IMG/VR virus record: IMGVR_UViG_3300029374_000001
Location: 1 to 64,000 of that record
Length of the DNA: 64,000 nt
Strand: one strand, 5' to 3'
DNA from: a virus
Positions 1 through 10,383 of the stretch are shown here, in pieces; position 1 is the first letter of the stretch; every line of letters starts with the position of its first letter. A model generated the notes under the pieces. That model did no database searches. It had not been told where the DNA came from and saw only the letters and a program-made list of their open reading frames with translations. Position numbers and translations under genes: made by a program.

Positions 1-1
1 A

Positions 2-358
2 TACCCACGGATATTCTCCAGAAGCAATCAGATATTGACAAAGAGCATTGATAAGTCTATCTTCTCCTCCAGAATTATATCTGGCTGTAAATTTACGACC
101 ACCAATAACTTGAGCTTTGTGTTCATCCTCTCCATAGAGGTGCGTGTGACATTTAACAATGCTCCATTTTCCACAATCATTCAAGATCTTGGTCATCATT
201 TTATTCAATTTGGTTCGTTTGTATAAACGATCTCCGTCTTCTAATGGTAATTCACCATATTCTTTGACAGCAAGATAGTTGCATTCATCCCAATGATAAA
301 ACAATGTTTCAAGAAAATTTGACTCTTTTACTTTTTCATATAAATGCTTACACTCCAT
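2..358 (-). CDS. hypothetical protein, 5' part only; the gene runs off the window start. Begins MECKHLYEKVKESNF
   Basis: Open minus-strand frame from the ATG at 358 (GAGGAG Shine-Dalgarno 8 nt upstream, in-frame stop just upstream) to the window edge with no stops. Not in the ORF track because it has no stop codon inside the window. Confidence 0.5.
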   Translation of the reverse strand, partial: MECKHLYEKVKESNFLETLFYHWDECNYLAVKEYGELPLEDGDRLYKRTKLNKMMTKILNDCGKWSIVKCHTHLYGEDEHKAQVIGGRKFTARYNSGGEDRLINALCQYLIASGEYPWV

Positions 359-359
359 G

Positions 360-683
360 TCATTTCTCCTCTATGAATACTTCACCAATTGGATTGTCTT
401 CCAATATAGGAAGCCGATCATCATTATCTTCTGCCAGTTCAATAGGAGTCAATCCTCTCTTGGTAATTTTCATGGTATGATGGTGTTGGCAATTGGGGCA
501 TACCACTTCCCAATCGACCGTTTGATCCACCATACTGGTAATCCATCCAGAAGACGATAATGTAAAAGCCTTATAATCAGACTTCAATAACATCATCGGC
601 TTCTTACAGATGGGGCAAGTTCCGAATTGGTTGAATGTGACCGCATCAACCAACTTTTTCGCTTTCTCTTTCATACCAATCAC
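360..683 (-). CDS. small zinc-ribbon protein (CPICKK...CPNCQHHH)
   Basis: 107-aa ORF with two CxxC pairs, tightly packed between neighbouring genes. Confidence 0.5.
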   Translation of the reverse strand: MIGMKEKAKKLVDAVTFNQFGTCPICKKPMMLLKSDYKAFTLSSSGWITSMVDQTVDWEVVCPNCQHHHTMKITKRGLTPIELAEDNDDRLPILEDNPIGEVFIEEK

Positions 684-943
684 TTCCCTATAGTAGATTC
701 GGTATATTTGATGGTTCTGATATCCCCCTCAATCAATACTCTAGAATCTGGATATCTGATATCTTCTCTGGATCTTAAAATATCGGTATATGTCTTTTGA
801 GATCCTCGAACAGTAACCCTGCCAAATACAGGAGCCACATTGCCTCTTGATTTTTCCAAATCAATCAGCTTGTCCTGTTGTGTCTGAGAAAATACAAAAA
901 CTCTGTAATAGATATTATTCTTACTCATAGTAAATAAGTCCAC
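680..943 (-). CDS. hypothetical protein
   Basis: 87-aa ORF in an operon-like array. It overlaps the start of the downstream gene by 4 nt and its own 5' end overlaps the beta-fragment gene. Confidence 0.4.
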   Translation of the reverse strand: MDLFTMSKNNIYYRVFVFSQTQQDKLIDLEKSRGNVAPVFGRVTVRGSQKTYTDILRSREDIRYPDSRVLIEGDIRTIKYTESTIGK

Positions 944-2717
944 TTCCTTCCAATGAACGACCCGTTAATGAATCAACATGTTTCTTTAACACTTGATCAT
1001 TTGACTCTACAATCTCTGAGAGAGATTTATTAATATTTTCAACCATCTTTTCAGACTGTTTAGCTACAGCCATGTCATCTTGCGATGTTTCGTTACCTAA
1101 TACATTTCGTTTGAATTCCATAGCTTCTACTAATCCTCTGGTCTTAGTATATTCATCAGATAATTTACCCAATTCTGTATACCAAGTCAAAGGTTCATCT
1201 GCTGCAGAAAAGTATCCATTATTATTTATATGTGCAAACGGTACAAGTGAACCGCTGGCTCCTGGATCGGACGCTGAGGAAGCATCTGGATCCAATATGC
1301 CCATTGTTGAAATATTTAGCAGTCTCATTTGTTCAGGGAATGACTTAGAGTTATTTCCAATACCACTGATTCCCTTATAAGTAAACTTAGTGGCTAGTAC
1401 AGAGTCCATATCATTGACAATATTTCTGAAGTTGACCAATTGCGATTTGGATACTTCTGAAATAATGTAATCTGGTTTAGTATAGATAACCTTCTTAACA
1501 GCTCGTATATCTACTCTCTTTCCAATAGAACAGAGCCGATAGATACCGGTCGATAATTTATTCCCATAGATGGCAGCAATATATTCTGCACATCTGAGCT
1601 TCTTGGTATAAATATCTTTGTTATCTTTCAGTCTAAGCAATCCATATTCACATATCATCCATAAGAGAACTCTATAGATATCTTTCTTGTATTCCCAGGG
1701 TAAATGAAGTTGCTCTTGGATATTGATATCCAGAATTCCCTCCATAGACTCCAATACCGAATATCCTTTTTCCAACTTATTAGCAGAACTAAAACGCCCT
1801 CCTAATTTTGTTGTCCAAAATGCTTTGGTATAGAGATCTTGTACAATGCAATCATTATCAATCGATGTTAATATCGTATACAAAATATGTTGCACTACAG
1901 GATTTCGATCAATAAAGATCTTAGGAATCGTAATATAGATATCTTTCTCTCTATTACCAGAATATTTCATCTGTGCGCTATTAAAAGAATAATGATTTTC
2001 ATCAGCCAGATTTTCATATCCAATATAAATATAGCTAGACAACTGTAATATATCTAATGCATTGGTCAATCCATATTTAGCAAAGAGATACATAATGGTC
2101 GGTACTGTTTTGCTAAATACATTACAGTCATATTGAGTTAAGACGTGGCATTCATCATTCGTATCATAAACCGGATAATCATGCTTATAGATTCGTATTG
2201 GATTCTTGTTGGTCTTAAACGTTACTGAATGGGTCTTCTGATTTTTAGCAGACATGTTGTTGTATGTAGACGCATCGACGATCTGATACATAGGAGAGTA
2301 ATAATTTCCATTGATATAGAAATAGAACTTATTAACTATCCTGGGTATTTCGATCAATACATCACAATCCGCTTCTTCCTCTTTGACTTTGATATGATAA
2401 TGTACTACTAAGAGTTTCAAATCAGAATCTTTCAAATCGATATAGTTATATCGATTGTCATCTTCCCCTCTTTTGGTAGAACGACTGGTGCGTCTGGAAG
2501 CATCATAATAATTCCGTAATGTCTCTTGGATTTTGATATAGTCATTGATAACTGTAAACCCTTTGACTTGAATACTGAATATTCCATTGGTCTGACAAGA
2601 CATAATAATCTTTTCAACCTGATCTATGATGGCTTCATCGGAACGTTGAAACAGATCACTATTGAATTTATCAATATGATTATCAATATACTTATGGATA
2701 AACTCATACTGGTCCAT
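921..2717 (-). CDS. multisubunit RNA polymerase beta subunit, N-terminal fragment (split beta)
   Basis: The C-terminal region KGISGIGNNSKSFPEQMRLLNISTMGILDPDASSASDPGASGSLVPFAHINNNGYF aligns with the E. coli RpoB region RRISALGPGG...[33 protein letters not shown] (fork loop). The protein ends just after this point. The following beta residues ([20 protein letters not shown]) are encoded at the start of the 6590..8980 gene. Confidence 0.75.
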   Translation of the reverse strand: MDQYEFIHKYIDNHIDKFNSDLFQRSDEAIIDQVEKIIMSCQTNGIFSIQVKGFTVINDYIKIQETLRNYYDASRRTSRSTKRGEDDNRYNYIDLKDSDLKLLVVHYHIKVKEEEADCDVLIEIPRIVNKFYFYINGNYYSPMYQIVDASTYNNMSAKNQKTHSVTFKTNKNPIRIYKHDYPVYDTNDECHVLTQYDCNVFSKTVPTIMYLFAKYGLTNALDILQLSSYIYIGYENLADENHYSFNSAQMKYSGNREKDIYITIPKIFIDRNPVVQHILYTILTSIDNDCIVQDLYTKAFWTTKLGGRFSSANKLEKGYSVLESMEGILDINIQEQLHLPWEYKKDIYRVLLWMICEYGLLRLKDNKDIYTKKLRCAEYIAAIYGNKLSTGIYRLCSIGKRVDIRAVKKVIYTKPDYIISEVSKSQLVNFRNIVNDMDSVLATKFTYKGISGIGNNSKSFPEQMRLLNISTMGILDPDASSASDPGASGSLVPFAHINNNGYFSAADEPLTWYTELGKLSDEYTKTRGLVEAMEFKRNVLGNETSQDDMAVAKQSEKMVENINKSLSEIVESNDQVLKKHVDSLTGRSLEGSGLIYYE

Positions 2718-2718
2718 A

Positions 2719-3366
2719 TTAGGTCTCCTCTGTCAGAACTGTTCTAAATTCTTTACCCATCGGATTAAGAGCTCCTTCTTTATCTCTAATCACCAATTCT
2801 GCTTCAATATCAAAAGATTTCAAAACTCTCTTAATCTTAAGAAATGATATAGCATGTGTAGCTGGGTTCTTTAATGATCTGAGATCATTATTGAAATCTG
2901 ACGTAGAAGGAAATTTATCTTTATATGCATCGGCATCAATATGCTTTGCATTAATAGCCTCTTTTACAATCTTAAGTTCTGGTAAGTCATATTCATTCGA
3001 TGGTAATGTTAACGCATTATTCAGTGTACTGAGTCCAATACTCTGTTCCGATTTCAATGCATCAATCATTTTAATATGATCTGCAAAATTTTTGATATTC
3101 TTAGAACTAAAATCTATAATCTTAGATGAAGAATATTCTGATTTCTCTTCTTCTGTTGCTGGTTCTGTATAAATAATGGCTGCTTTATTTGCAAATGCGG
3201 ATGGTACATCTGGTCTATATCGACTATAGATTGGATATACATAGTCTCCTTTTTCGAGGCAAATATCATCCATCAATTGATCTTTATCATACATTCTTTG
3301 CAGTTCGTCTTCTGTGACGATCGTCATTGTCTTTCGATTAATGACAACTTTCTTTGCAACGTACAT
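2719..3366 (-). CDS. hypothetical protein
   Basis: 215-aa ORF, co-directional and tightly packed. Confidence 0.5.
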   Translation of the reverse strand: MYVAKKVVINRKTMTIVTEDELQRMYDKDQLMDDICLEKGDYVYPIYSRYRPDVPSAFANKAAIIYTEPATEEEKSEYSSSKIIDFSSKNIKNFADHIKMIDALKSEQSIGLSTLNNALTLPSNEYDLPELKIVKEAINAKHIDADAYKDKFPSTSDFNNDLRSLKNPATHAISFLKIKRVLKSFDIEAELVIRDKEGALNPMGKEFRTVLTEET

Positions 3367-3393
3367 TGCATGACTCCTTTAGGTTAAAAAAGA

Positions 3394-3417
3394 AGAAGGA
3401 GCGTAATGCTCCTCCTT
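3394..3417 (-). terminator. hairpin GAAGGAGCgtaatGCTCCTcCTTC followed in minus sense by a T-run (ttcttttttaacc)
   Basis: Inverted repeat plus T-run downstream of the 3450..4106 gene. Confidence 0.5.
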
Positions 3418-3449
3418 CCCATCTTATATATGCTTAGGAGGTTGGATAA

Positions 3450-4106
3450 TTAAGCAACTTTGTCTTTCTTTTTCTTTTCTACAGACTCATCATCTTTGAT
3501 ATGCTGTTTCAGAAGTTCAGAAGGAGTTACATTAATGGAAACTTTTCCATTTTCAACAGAACCTTCCATCTTGAAATAATCTTTCAATTCCAAAACAGGA
3601 TCAATATTCACATTCTCATTATACCATTTCTTCAGAGAACGGATAGTTGTTAATGTGATATGAGTCATATAGTCAATTCCGTTTTCTACTGGACGGAACT
3701 GAATGCGGAACTTGTAAAATGCTGTGCTTGCCAGATCCGGAACCACAACAGGATCATTAAACTCAGCAATTTTTGCATTTTCCGGAATATCTTTTTCATT
3801 AAATGTATATTTCAATGTATAGGAATCGCTGTCATCATTCTTCTGCTTAGATACAATAGCAGCAAACACAATAGGAGCTGTTTTATTCTTTTCGGCGGCA
3901 CCAATGCAATTCATATAATCCCCGTTGCGGATTACAATAGCATGAGGTACCCCATCATCTTCAGCTTTGACTTTTCCCAAATAAGCGGCAGTGGCTTCGA
4001 ATAAGAACTTATAGATATACGTTGTATACCCTGCCGGCCAATTAATACCATCATCAATCAAATCTTTTGTTAAGATTGAGTTCAGTGTGGTTTCTTCAAA
4101 TTTCAT
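3450..4106 (-). CDS. hypothetical protein
   Basis: 218-aa ORF with GGAGG-type RBS context. Confidence 0.5.
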   Translation of the reverse strand: MKFEETTLNSILTKDLIDDGINWPAGYTTYIYKFLFEATAAYLGKVKAEDDGVPHAIVIRNGDYMNCIGAAEKNKTAPIVFAAIVSKQKNDDSDSYTLKYTFNEKDIPENAKIAEFNDPVVVPDLASTAFYKFRIQFRPVENGIDYMTHITLTTIRSLKKWYNENVNIDPVLELKDYFKMEGSVENGKVSINVTPSELLKQHIKDDESVEKKKKDKVA

Positions 4107-4208
4107 GTCAATTCCTCCTATAAATAACTATATTGAACGGATGGGTACAAATTACCCATCTCGTTAATATATTATGTAATTATATTTGTGTTTGTGTAAC
4201 TTTTGATT

Positions 4209-6578
4209 TCAATTTCCAGACAAGTTTTGTAAGTAAGCATAGGCTGTCTGAGGATTCATGATCATACATTTTGACTTACCCTGCATGATCATTTTATTTA
4301 CCTTTTCTACTTTAGAAGAAGTAAACCCATCGTAGGGAACAATTAAGAACATAGTATTTTTAGTTACAGATTTATCTCCATCTGCACTAAATCCATGAGA
4401 GTTAAACTCTTGCTCTAATTGCTTATCCCTGACTCCACTAAAACGAACTTCTGGTAATGCCTGCTTCTGTCCATATGTCTGAATAACATTGGGCATTGAT
4501 AGGATCGTTTCCATATCTTCTTTCATAATTGTACTCCTTTCATATACAATAGATTCTGCTATAGTTCTACCCATTCCAGGAATATTATAGATCATATCAA
4601 ACAAATCTTTAGCATTGGCTTTTACAATTCTTTCTAAACGAATATGTTGTAAGATCTTTTCCCATCTGGACTGGGAGACTCCATTGAATCCAATAGCTCC
4701 TACGATTTGATAATCATAGATAGATTTCGTTTTGAGATCTTGTATTCTGGACATTAACTTTCGTCCATTGACTTCTCCCAGCAGTTCTATGGCTTTGTTT
4801 TCTTGTATATGTAAGAAGCTTGTTAAATTGGTAACTTGTAATTTTGTTAATTGCGCTCTCCCAAAGTCCTTAACTCCGAGCTTTTTGAGCATGCCCGAAA
4901 CACGTGCCAGCACTTTTTCTGGACAATACGGGTTAGTACACCATGCACTGTCTCCAGACTCTGAAAACGTGATTTCTTGCCCACAAGATGGACAATATTC
5001 TGGAAATGGAATAGGAGGTTGTTCTCTATCCATTCTTGCATTATAAGAGATATCTGGTTTAGTCAGATAACAGATCACATCGTTATTATACTTAATATTG
5101 ACGATTGATCCTTCTCTTAATCCTAATTCCATAAATCGTTTATAGGAATGAACAGTAGTCTTATCATGAGTGGTTCCAAAGAACTCTACAGGAGCAAAAT
5201 ATCCGATAGGAGTGATTCGTCCATCCTGTCCTACAGAGAACTCATACTTCATGAAATAAGTATTCTTGGCTTTTGCATTAAACTTAATGGCAATTGACCA
5301 TTTATCTACGCTGTTCTTTCTTCCTAAGATTTGTTTCATATTAGGATCGGTATAAGAGACAACTACCCCATCATAAGCAAAGTTCATAGAAGTTCTCATA
5401 TATTCTGCTTCTTCTGTAAATTGCTTAATCTGATCCACCAATTCATAATAATTTCCACGTATTAGTACATATCGCATTTCTACACCAGACGAATAATATT
5501 GATTCATCCAGTCTATTTCTTGTGCAACAGATTCAAACTGTATACCAGATGTTTTAATAGGAACCAATGTAATAAAATCTCTATACATGGTCGCATTGGC
5601 ATTGGCTAATAAACCAGATACAGCCACTCTAGGATTCTTATACTTAATTCCAAACATCTGCTCTAATTTCATCAAATTAGAATATGTAATAATAGCCTCA
5701 AACTTCATCCCAAATTTCAGATTAGGATCCATTCCTTTGGCTCTGATAAACTTCTTGCCTCCAAAGATACCCGTATAATCAGTAGCTTGCTGATTAGCCG
5801 TATCCCCTCGACTATTGGCAAATACAATGGTATCTCCTTGTATTTCTGCTTCTACAGATACACCATCATATTTTAATTCCAAAATCATTTCTGGTTTAGC
5901 CAATCCTGTTCTCTGATAAGCAGATTGTTCTGCATATGGATAAGTTGGTGTTAAGAAGTCTCTATCAAATGCAATAACCGATTCATCATCCTCTTTGACT
6001 CCAGAATTAATAGCATCATACATACTGACAAACTTACACTTGTCTAATGTCCCAATTAATTCTGGATAAGATGGTGTGGTATCTCTAACCAGTTTATTAG
6101 CTACTGTATGATCAGAAGTATCTACTATAAAATCTTCTTCTCGTACAGGATATTTATTAAATAAAATATTAGCTGCATATGTCTGTTTGTCTTTGGGAAT
6201 AGTAATCATAGCATCAATTCCCATAGAGTTGTTCTCTGCAATATTTCGCAAATCTTTTGTATTTAGTTTCAAATTGTTTGTTGGTGGCGCTCCAACAGGC
6301 GCATTTCCTCCTGTCAGCTTATTGTACTTGACCACCACCAAATCATAGATTCCATCTTCTAATGGTAGAATATCCATATCTGTATTATTGTACAGAATAT
6401 TGGATATCACCAATATTTCTCTAATAGTTTCTAAATCATTGGAATACATTGTTCCATTTAGGAATTCACTACATATCTGATTAATTGCGACAATATCTGG
6501 GCTGGTAAGAATATTCTTACCAGCCTCAAGATTAACCAGGATTTCATGAATTCGCAACTCATCTTTTGAATTGCTCAT
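4209..6578 (-). CDS. ligA: NAD-dependent DNA ligase (LigA family)
   Basis: Adenylation motif ELKYDGVSVEAE (compare LigA KLDGLAV). C4 zinc finger CPSCGQEITFSESGDSAWCTNPYCPEKV (compare LigA CPVCGS...CTNPLCPAQ). Size 789 aa. Confidence 0.85.
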   Translation of the reverse strand: MSNSKDELRIHEILVNLEAGKNILTSPDIVAINQICSEFLNGTMYSNDLETIREILVISNILYNNTDMDILPLEDGIYDLVVVKYNKLTGGNAPVGAPPTNNLKLNTKDLRNIAENNSMGIDAMITIPKDKQTYAANILFNKYPVREEDFIVDTSDHTVANKLVRDTTPSYPELIGTLDKCKFVSMYDAINSGVKEDDESVIAFDRDFLTPTYPYAEQSAYQRTGLAKPEMILELKYDGVSVEAEIQGDTIVFANSRGDTANQQATDYTGIFGGKKFIRAKGMDPNLKFGMKFEAIITYSNLMKLEQMFGIKYKNPRVAVSGLLANANATMYRDFITLVPIKTSGIQFESVAQEIDWMNQYYSSGVEMRYVLIRGNYYELVDQIKQFTEEAEYMRTSMNFAYDGVVVSYTDPNMKQILGRKNSVDKWSIAIKFNAKAKNTYFMKYEFSVGQDGRITPIGYFAPVEFFGTTHDKTTVHSYKRFMELGLREGSIVNIKYNNDVICYLTKPDISYNARMDREQPPIPFPEYCPSCGQEITFSESGDSAWCTNPYCPEKVLARVSGMLKKLGVKDFGRAQLTKLQVTNLTSFLHIQENKAIELLGEVNGRKLMSRIQDLKTKSIYDYQIVGAIGFNGVSQSRWEKILQHIRLERIVKANAKDLFDMIYNIPGMGRTIAESIVYERSTIMKEDMETILSMPNVIQTYGQKQALPEVRFSGVRDKQLEQEFNSHGFSADGDKSVTKNTMFLIVPYDGFTSSKVEKVNKMIMQGKSKCMIMNPQTAYAYLQNLSGN

Positions 6579-6589
6579 AGTTGTTCTCC

Positions 6590-8980
6590 TTAGAATTTAT
6601 GTACAGCATCGACGAGCATAGCTGTTTGTAATTTTCTAAAATCTGTTGTATTCTTAACAAGAGTCATTAATTGTTTATCTGTTTTGGCTTTTTGCATTAA
6701 ATCAAACATCTTGTCGAAAATTTTAGCTTGATCATCAGATGACTTAGTCTTATTATACTTATAATATCTTTTTGTAAGTTCATTTAGAGCATCTACATAG
6801 CCATTATAAGTAACATAAAACGGTACCTGCCGAATCGCATCCGTTTTTATTTTATCAGTGGGAGATTCATATCTATGAATAGCATCAATCATAATCCCAC
6901 TGGGCGTATGCTTTTCTTCTTTTTCAAAGACTAAACGCAATCCTAAACATTTGAGATAGGCATTGGCAATCTCTACATTCCTGGATTTTGCGTTTTCATC
7001 CAATACAATATTCCGATCAAATGGATCTCCTATTAATAGTTGTTCCATTAATCGTCTGGCTGTTGGAGAAGTAGACAGCATCATAAATGCTTCTACTGTA
7101 AATTGGCATTCTGGAAGCTGCATCAATTCGCTGGCTTCCATATTTCCTATTCGTACTGGAGTCTTCGGAATAGGAGATATATGCATCTTGCTGGCTTTGG
7201 TTTTTGTATTCTCTCCTCGTATATTGGTAGATGCCAATGATACAGCAGAGAAATGTTCTTTAGCCAGCTGTTTTAATTTGTAGATATATTTCTTACCTAC
7301 AATCATGGGTCTTCTGTTTTTGACCATTCTAACTTGTCCATTAGATCCGACTTGAGGCACATACAAATGTTCTTCTTGGATCCATGGAAAAGCATCATAC
7401 ACTTCTTTCAATCGATCTATGGTCATGATATTCTTCATAGGAACGATAACCAGACTAATACTACCCTGGTTAATCATCGATTCCATATAGAATCGTCTTT
7501 CTTCCATAGTTGATTTGTTCATTAAGTCTTTCCAATCATCGGCTTCTTCTGGATTAATAATATGGATATAAGTGTAGACTGTTTCTTCCATCATAGGAAT
7601 CAATGCATCTACATTTGCTGTATATCCCATTCCAGAGTTATTATCTTGCTCTTTAGCCGTATAAAACAGTTGACCGATATGCTCTAAGATCTTAGCCGCA
7701 ATATAAGTCAATTCTGTCTCAAAAGACTGTCCAGGGTTCAAACGGTTGATGATGGTCGAACTGTTATAAATCGCATCTACCGCATGATATTCCCCGTTTC
7801 TCAGATAATGCGGCATTTGATTGTCTGGTAAAATAGCCGAGACAACACCTTTGCCGCCATATCTATCTGTGATCTTATCACCTACGTTCAAAACTTTATT
7901 TGAACGAGTGATAATTCTCATAACGACATTATTGAATACTTTGTCTTTGATATATGGAATATTGTTAGCTGTATCTTTACACTTGGTATATTCTTTTTGT
8001 AAGTCATACGACATCGTTACCTTTGGATGACTCTTCATAAAGCGGTCTACTGTAGTATACAACTTAACACAATAATCCATATTCTTATCATAATATTCCT
8101 TTAACTGCTGGTAATACATATCCTGCAGTTTTTCAGGATTATTACAATAAATATCGATATCTACAACTTCTCCTTCCGAAATATAAGGAGTGTCGGATAC
8201 CATTAACGTTTTCAGTCTGTCTTTAGACTGAGAATATAAAGCTTCATCGTCTTTACGTTCTCTGCGAATAGCACAGAGAATGTTATTATTGATATATTCT
8301 CCAATATTTGGGAATGCTTTATAGTATTCATCAGACCCATATAGATTCAATGGAATATCATTTTCATTGATAATGATTTCCACTTCATTGAATATGGGAG
8401 CTGTAAATTTCTTAGCAGCTGTTTGTGATAAGACAATAGGATCTTCTGTAGTCAGTCCAAGTGCCATATAAATGGTGGTTAGATTGACTCCATCTTTCTT
8501 GTTATTATACTTATCAAAAGATGCACTTTTAACCAATGGAGTTCCTTTAGCGATGAACTCTCCTGGTTTAGAGTTATCTAAGAATTCACTATTGATATTG
8601 AACCCATAGAGTTCTGTATGATATTCGTATTCTGTTCTCATCATAGAGTGAAGAATATTATTATCAATATCATGTAATAGAATACAGTATTTCTTTCCAT
8701 TCTTATGGATCTTATCAATAACTGTATAGTTCGCGTCTGCTGTAATAAAATTAGATGACAGGGTACCGAATTGGTTCTCATACCCTGTCATAATAATCGG
8801 AACTTCCGATTCACATAATTGAATAGATTGCTCTTTCTGAATTCCCTGCATAACTTTTCTGGAACCAGAATTTGTTTCATTAAAGGGTTGCAATAACCCT
8901 TTTCCTAATGTGTATTCTCTAGACGGTAAGTTTTGTTCAATTTCATTTGCTATACCTTGTAAGTCCAGACTATTCGCCAT
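6590..8980 (-). CDS. multisubunit RNA polymerase beta subunit, C-terminal fragment (catalytic half)
   Basis: GDKITDRYGGKGVVSAI matches RpoB GDKMAGRHGNKGVISKI. The N-terminus LLQPFNETNSGSRKVMQGIQKEQSIQL matches RpoB [25 protein letters not shown]. The C-terminus YIYKLKQL...VRIGNMEASELMQL matches RpoB YMYMLKLNHL...QRFGEMEVWAL. Confidence 0.9.
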   Translation of the reverse strand: MANSLDLQGIANEIEQNLPSREYTLGKGLLQPFNETNSGSRKVMQGIQKEQSIQLCESEVPIIMTGYENQFGTLSSNFITADANYTVIDKIHKNGKKYCILLHDIDNNILHSMMRTEYEYHTELYGFNINSEFLDNSKPGEFIAKGTPLVKSASFDKYNNKKDGVNLTTIYMALGLTTEDPIVLSQTAAKKFTAPIFNEVEIIINENDIPLNLYGSDEYYKAFPNIGEYINNNILCAIRRERKDDEALYSQSKDRLKTLMVSDTPYISEGEVVDIDIYCNNPEKLQDMYYQQLKEYYDKNMDYCVKLYTTVDRFMKSHPKVTMSYDLQKEYTKCKDTANNIPYIKDKVFNNVVMRIITRSNKVLNVGDKITDRYGGKGVVSAILPDNQMPHYLRNGEYHAVDAIYNSSTIINRLNPGQSFETELTYIAAKILEHIGQLFYTAKEQDNNSGMGYTANVDALIPMMEETVYTYIHIINPEEADDWKDLMNKSTMEERRFYMESMINQGSISLVIVPMKNIMTIDRLKEVYDAFPWIQEEHLYVPQVGSNGQVRMVKNRRPMIVGKKYIYKLKQLAKEHFSAVSLASTNIRGENTKTKASKMHISPIPKTPVRIGNMEASELMQLPECQFTVEAFMMLSTSPTARRLMEQLLIGDPFDRNIVLDENAKSRNVEIANAYLKCLGLRLVFEKEEKHTPSGIMIDAIHRYESPTDKIKTDAIRQVPFYVTYNGYVDALNELTKRYYKYNKTKSSDDQAKIFDKMFDLMQKAKTDKQLMTLVKNTTDFRKLQTAMLVDAVHKF

Positions 8981-9047
8981 CGTATTTAACTCTCCTTAAA
9001 CTTAAATACATTTTGAACTACTCCTAAATATAATATATGTCTTAATC

Positions 9048-10301
9048 TTACTTTGCGGCATTAAGTCTGGCCATCATATCATTATTCATCTTAGCACTGA
9101 AATCAGCAGAACCTGTTCCAATTAATTGAGGAATCTTAAACAATTCTTCAGAATATGCATTCATAAACATATCATAGAACTCTGGTTTCTGCATCTTATC
9201 TTTGAAGTTACCCATAGAGAACTTCATATCTTTGTGCTCATCTATATACAAACCAATTCCTGCTCCATGAACTCTACCACGTTCCTGCATGAATAAGAAT
9301 GCGGATAATACAGGATCAAATCCAGTATTCTGATTAAAAAGTAAAGTGGTCTTCTGGTTCGCTCTTGCAGAGCGAGATTTTACCAATGTTACATCAACTA
9401 ATGACCCAGGAACTTTAAACTTCTCATCCGATTTCAATTTGGTTACATCGTCCAATCGAATGATAGTATTTGCCAAGTAGATAATTGTCTTACCTCTTGG
9501 AAGAGTTTCGCCTTGTTTCAAATATGCCAATGCTGTTTTCTTATGCATCATTGGATTGATAGATACATCATCCAAAATATGGTTAACAGCAATCAGAATG
9601 ATATTGGCAGCTTTCAGCATCTGGATAATTCCTCTGAAAACCTGAGTAATAACTTTAGCTCCTGCTGTTGTAGACATACCACCAGATAACTCATCTTGTT
9701 CTAATACATTTTCCGGCATCAAAAGAGCAATAGAATCTAAAATATATACGGTGGGTTCAAACATCATGATTGGATTACCAAAAGTATCCAATTTTCCCGT
9801 ATCATACATAAATTCATCTTTATGATCCATCTTCAAATTATAAATCATCTTAATTCGTTTATAGAAGTTTTCTGCTGTTATTCCAGAATCTCTGATGATA
9901 TATCTTTTCTTTAATTCGTCTCCATGATATCCTGTTAAAAGTTCTCGTCTTTGCCATGTCATAGAGAGCGTTTCAGAAGAATCTTCAAATACCATTGCTT
10001 TAGGAAATGGTCTAACAATATTAGCCGCTATCTGTTCACAGAATGTGGACTTACCACATCCAGAACGACCAATAACCATAATAAACGAACCATTAGAAAC
10101 GCCTGTGGAATAATATTGCTGATGGATATTTTTCTCATCATTATCAACGGTTTGAATATATCCATTCATAAAATCAAAATTAGGAAACCCAGTAGGAAAT
10201 CCTACATCAGTGGTAGCTTCTGATGCCATCTGTAAATCTTTGTCTTTAGATACTTCTTCCCTAAACATTGTGGATAGTAATGACATATTTATTCCTCCCA
10301 T
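9048..10301 (-). CDS. UvsX/RecA-family recombinase
   Basis: Walker A VIGRSGCGKSTF (T4 UvsX has ILAGPSKSFKS). YILDSIALL resembles UvsX FIDSLGNL. AKVITQVFRGIIQMLKAANIILIAVNHI resembles UvsX AKTMKSLFRIV...NIPCIAINHT. The N-terminal GFPTGFPNFD element is also DnaB-like, so a DnaB-type helicase is not fully excluded. Confidence 0.65.
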   Translation of the reverse strand: MGGINMSLLSTMFREEVSKDKDLQMASEATTDVGFPTGFPNFDFMNGYIQTVDNDEKNIHQQYYSTGVSNGSFIMVIGRSGCGKSTFCEQIAANIVRPFPKAMVFEDSSETLSMTWQRRELLTGYHGDELKKRYIIRDSGITAENFYKRIKMIYNLKMDHKDEFMYDTGKLDTFGNPIMMFEPTVYILDSIALLMPENVLEQDELSGGMSTTAGAKVITQVFRGIIQMLKAANIILIAVNHILDDVSINPMMHKKTALAYLKQGETLPRGKTIIYLANTIIRLDDVTKLKSDEKFKVPGSLVDVTLVKSRSARANQKTTLLFNQNTGFDPVLSAFLFMQERGRVHGAGIGLYIDEHKDMKFSMGNFKDKMQKPEFYDMFMNAYSEELFKIPQLIGTGSADFSAKMNNDMMARLNAAK

Positions 10302-10383
10302 GAAATAAATGAATTTAGCCTATATTAATAAGTTTCAATGGTTTTAAGAATCTATCAAATAAAAAGTAAACGCATAAAGCGCA

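Noticed and set aside
35-226. 63-aa plus-strand ORF from the ORF track
   Set aside because: Lies entirely inside the better-supported minus-strand partial gene 2..358 (RBS, codon-usage-consistent, runs to the window edge). Likely a spurious antisense ORF.
4139-4160. Hairpin GGATGGGTAcaaatTACCCATC between 4209..6578 and 3450..4106. Considered as a terminator.
   Set aside because: No T-run follows in gene sense. It may be a regulatory hairpin or RNA-processing site, but termination is unsupported.
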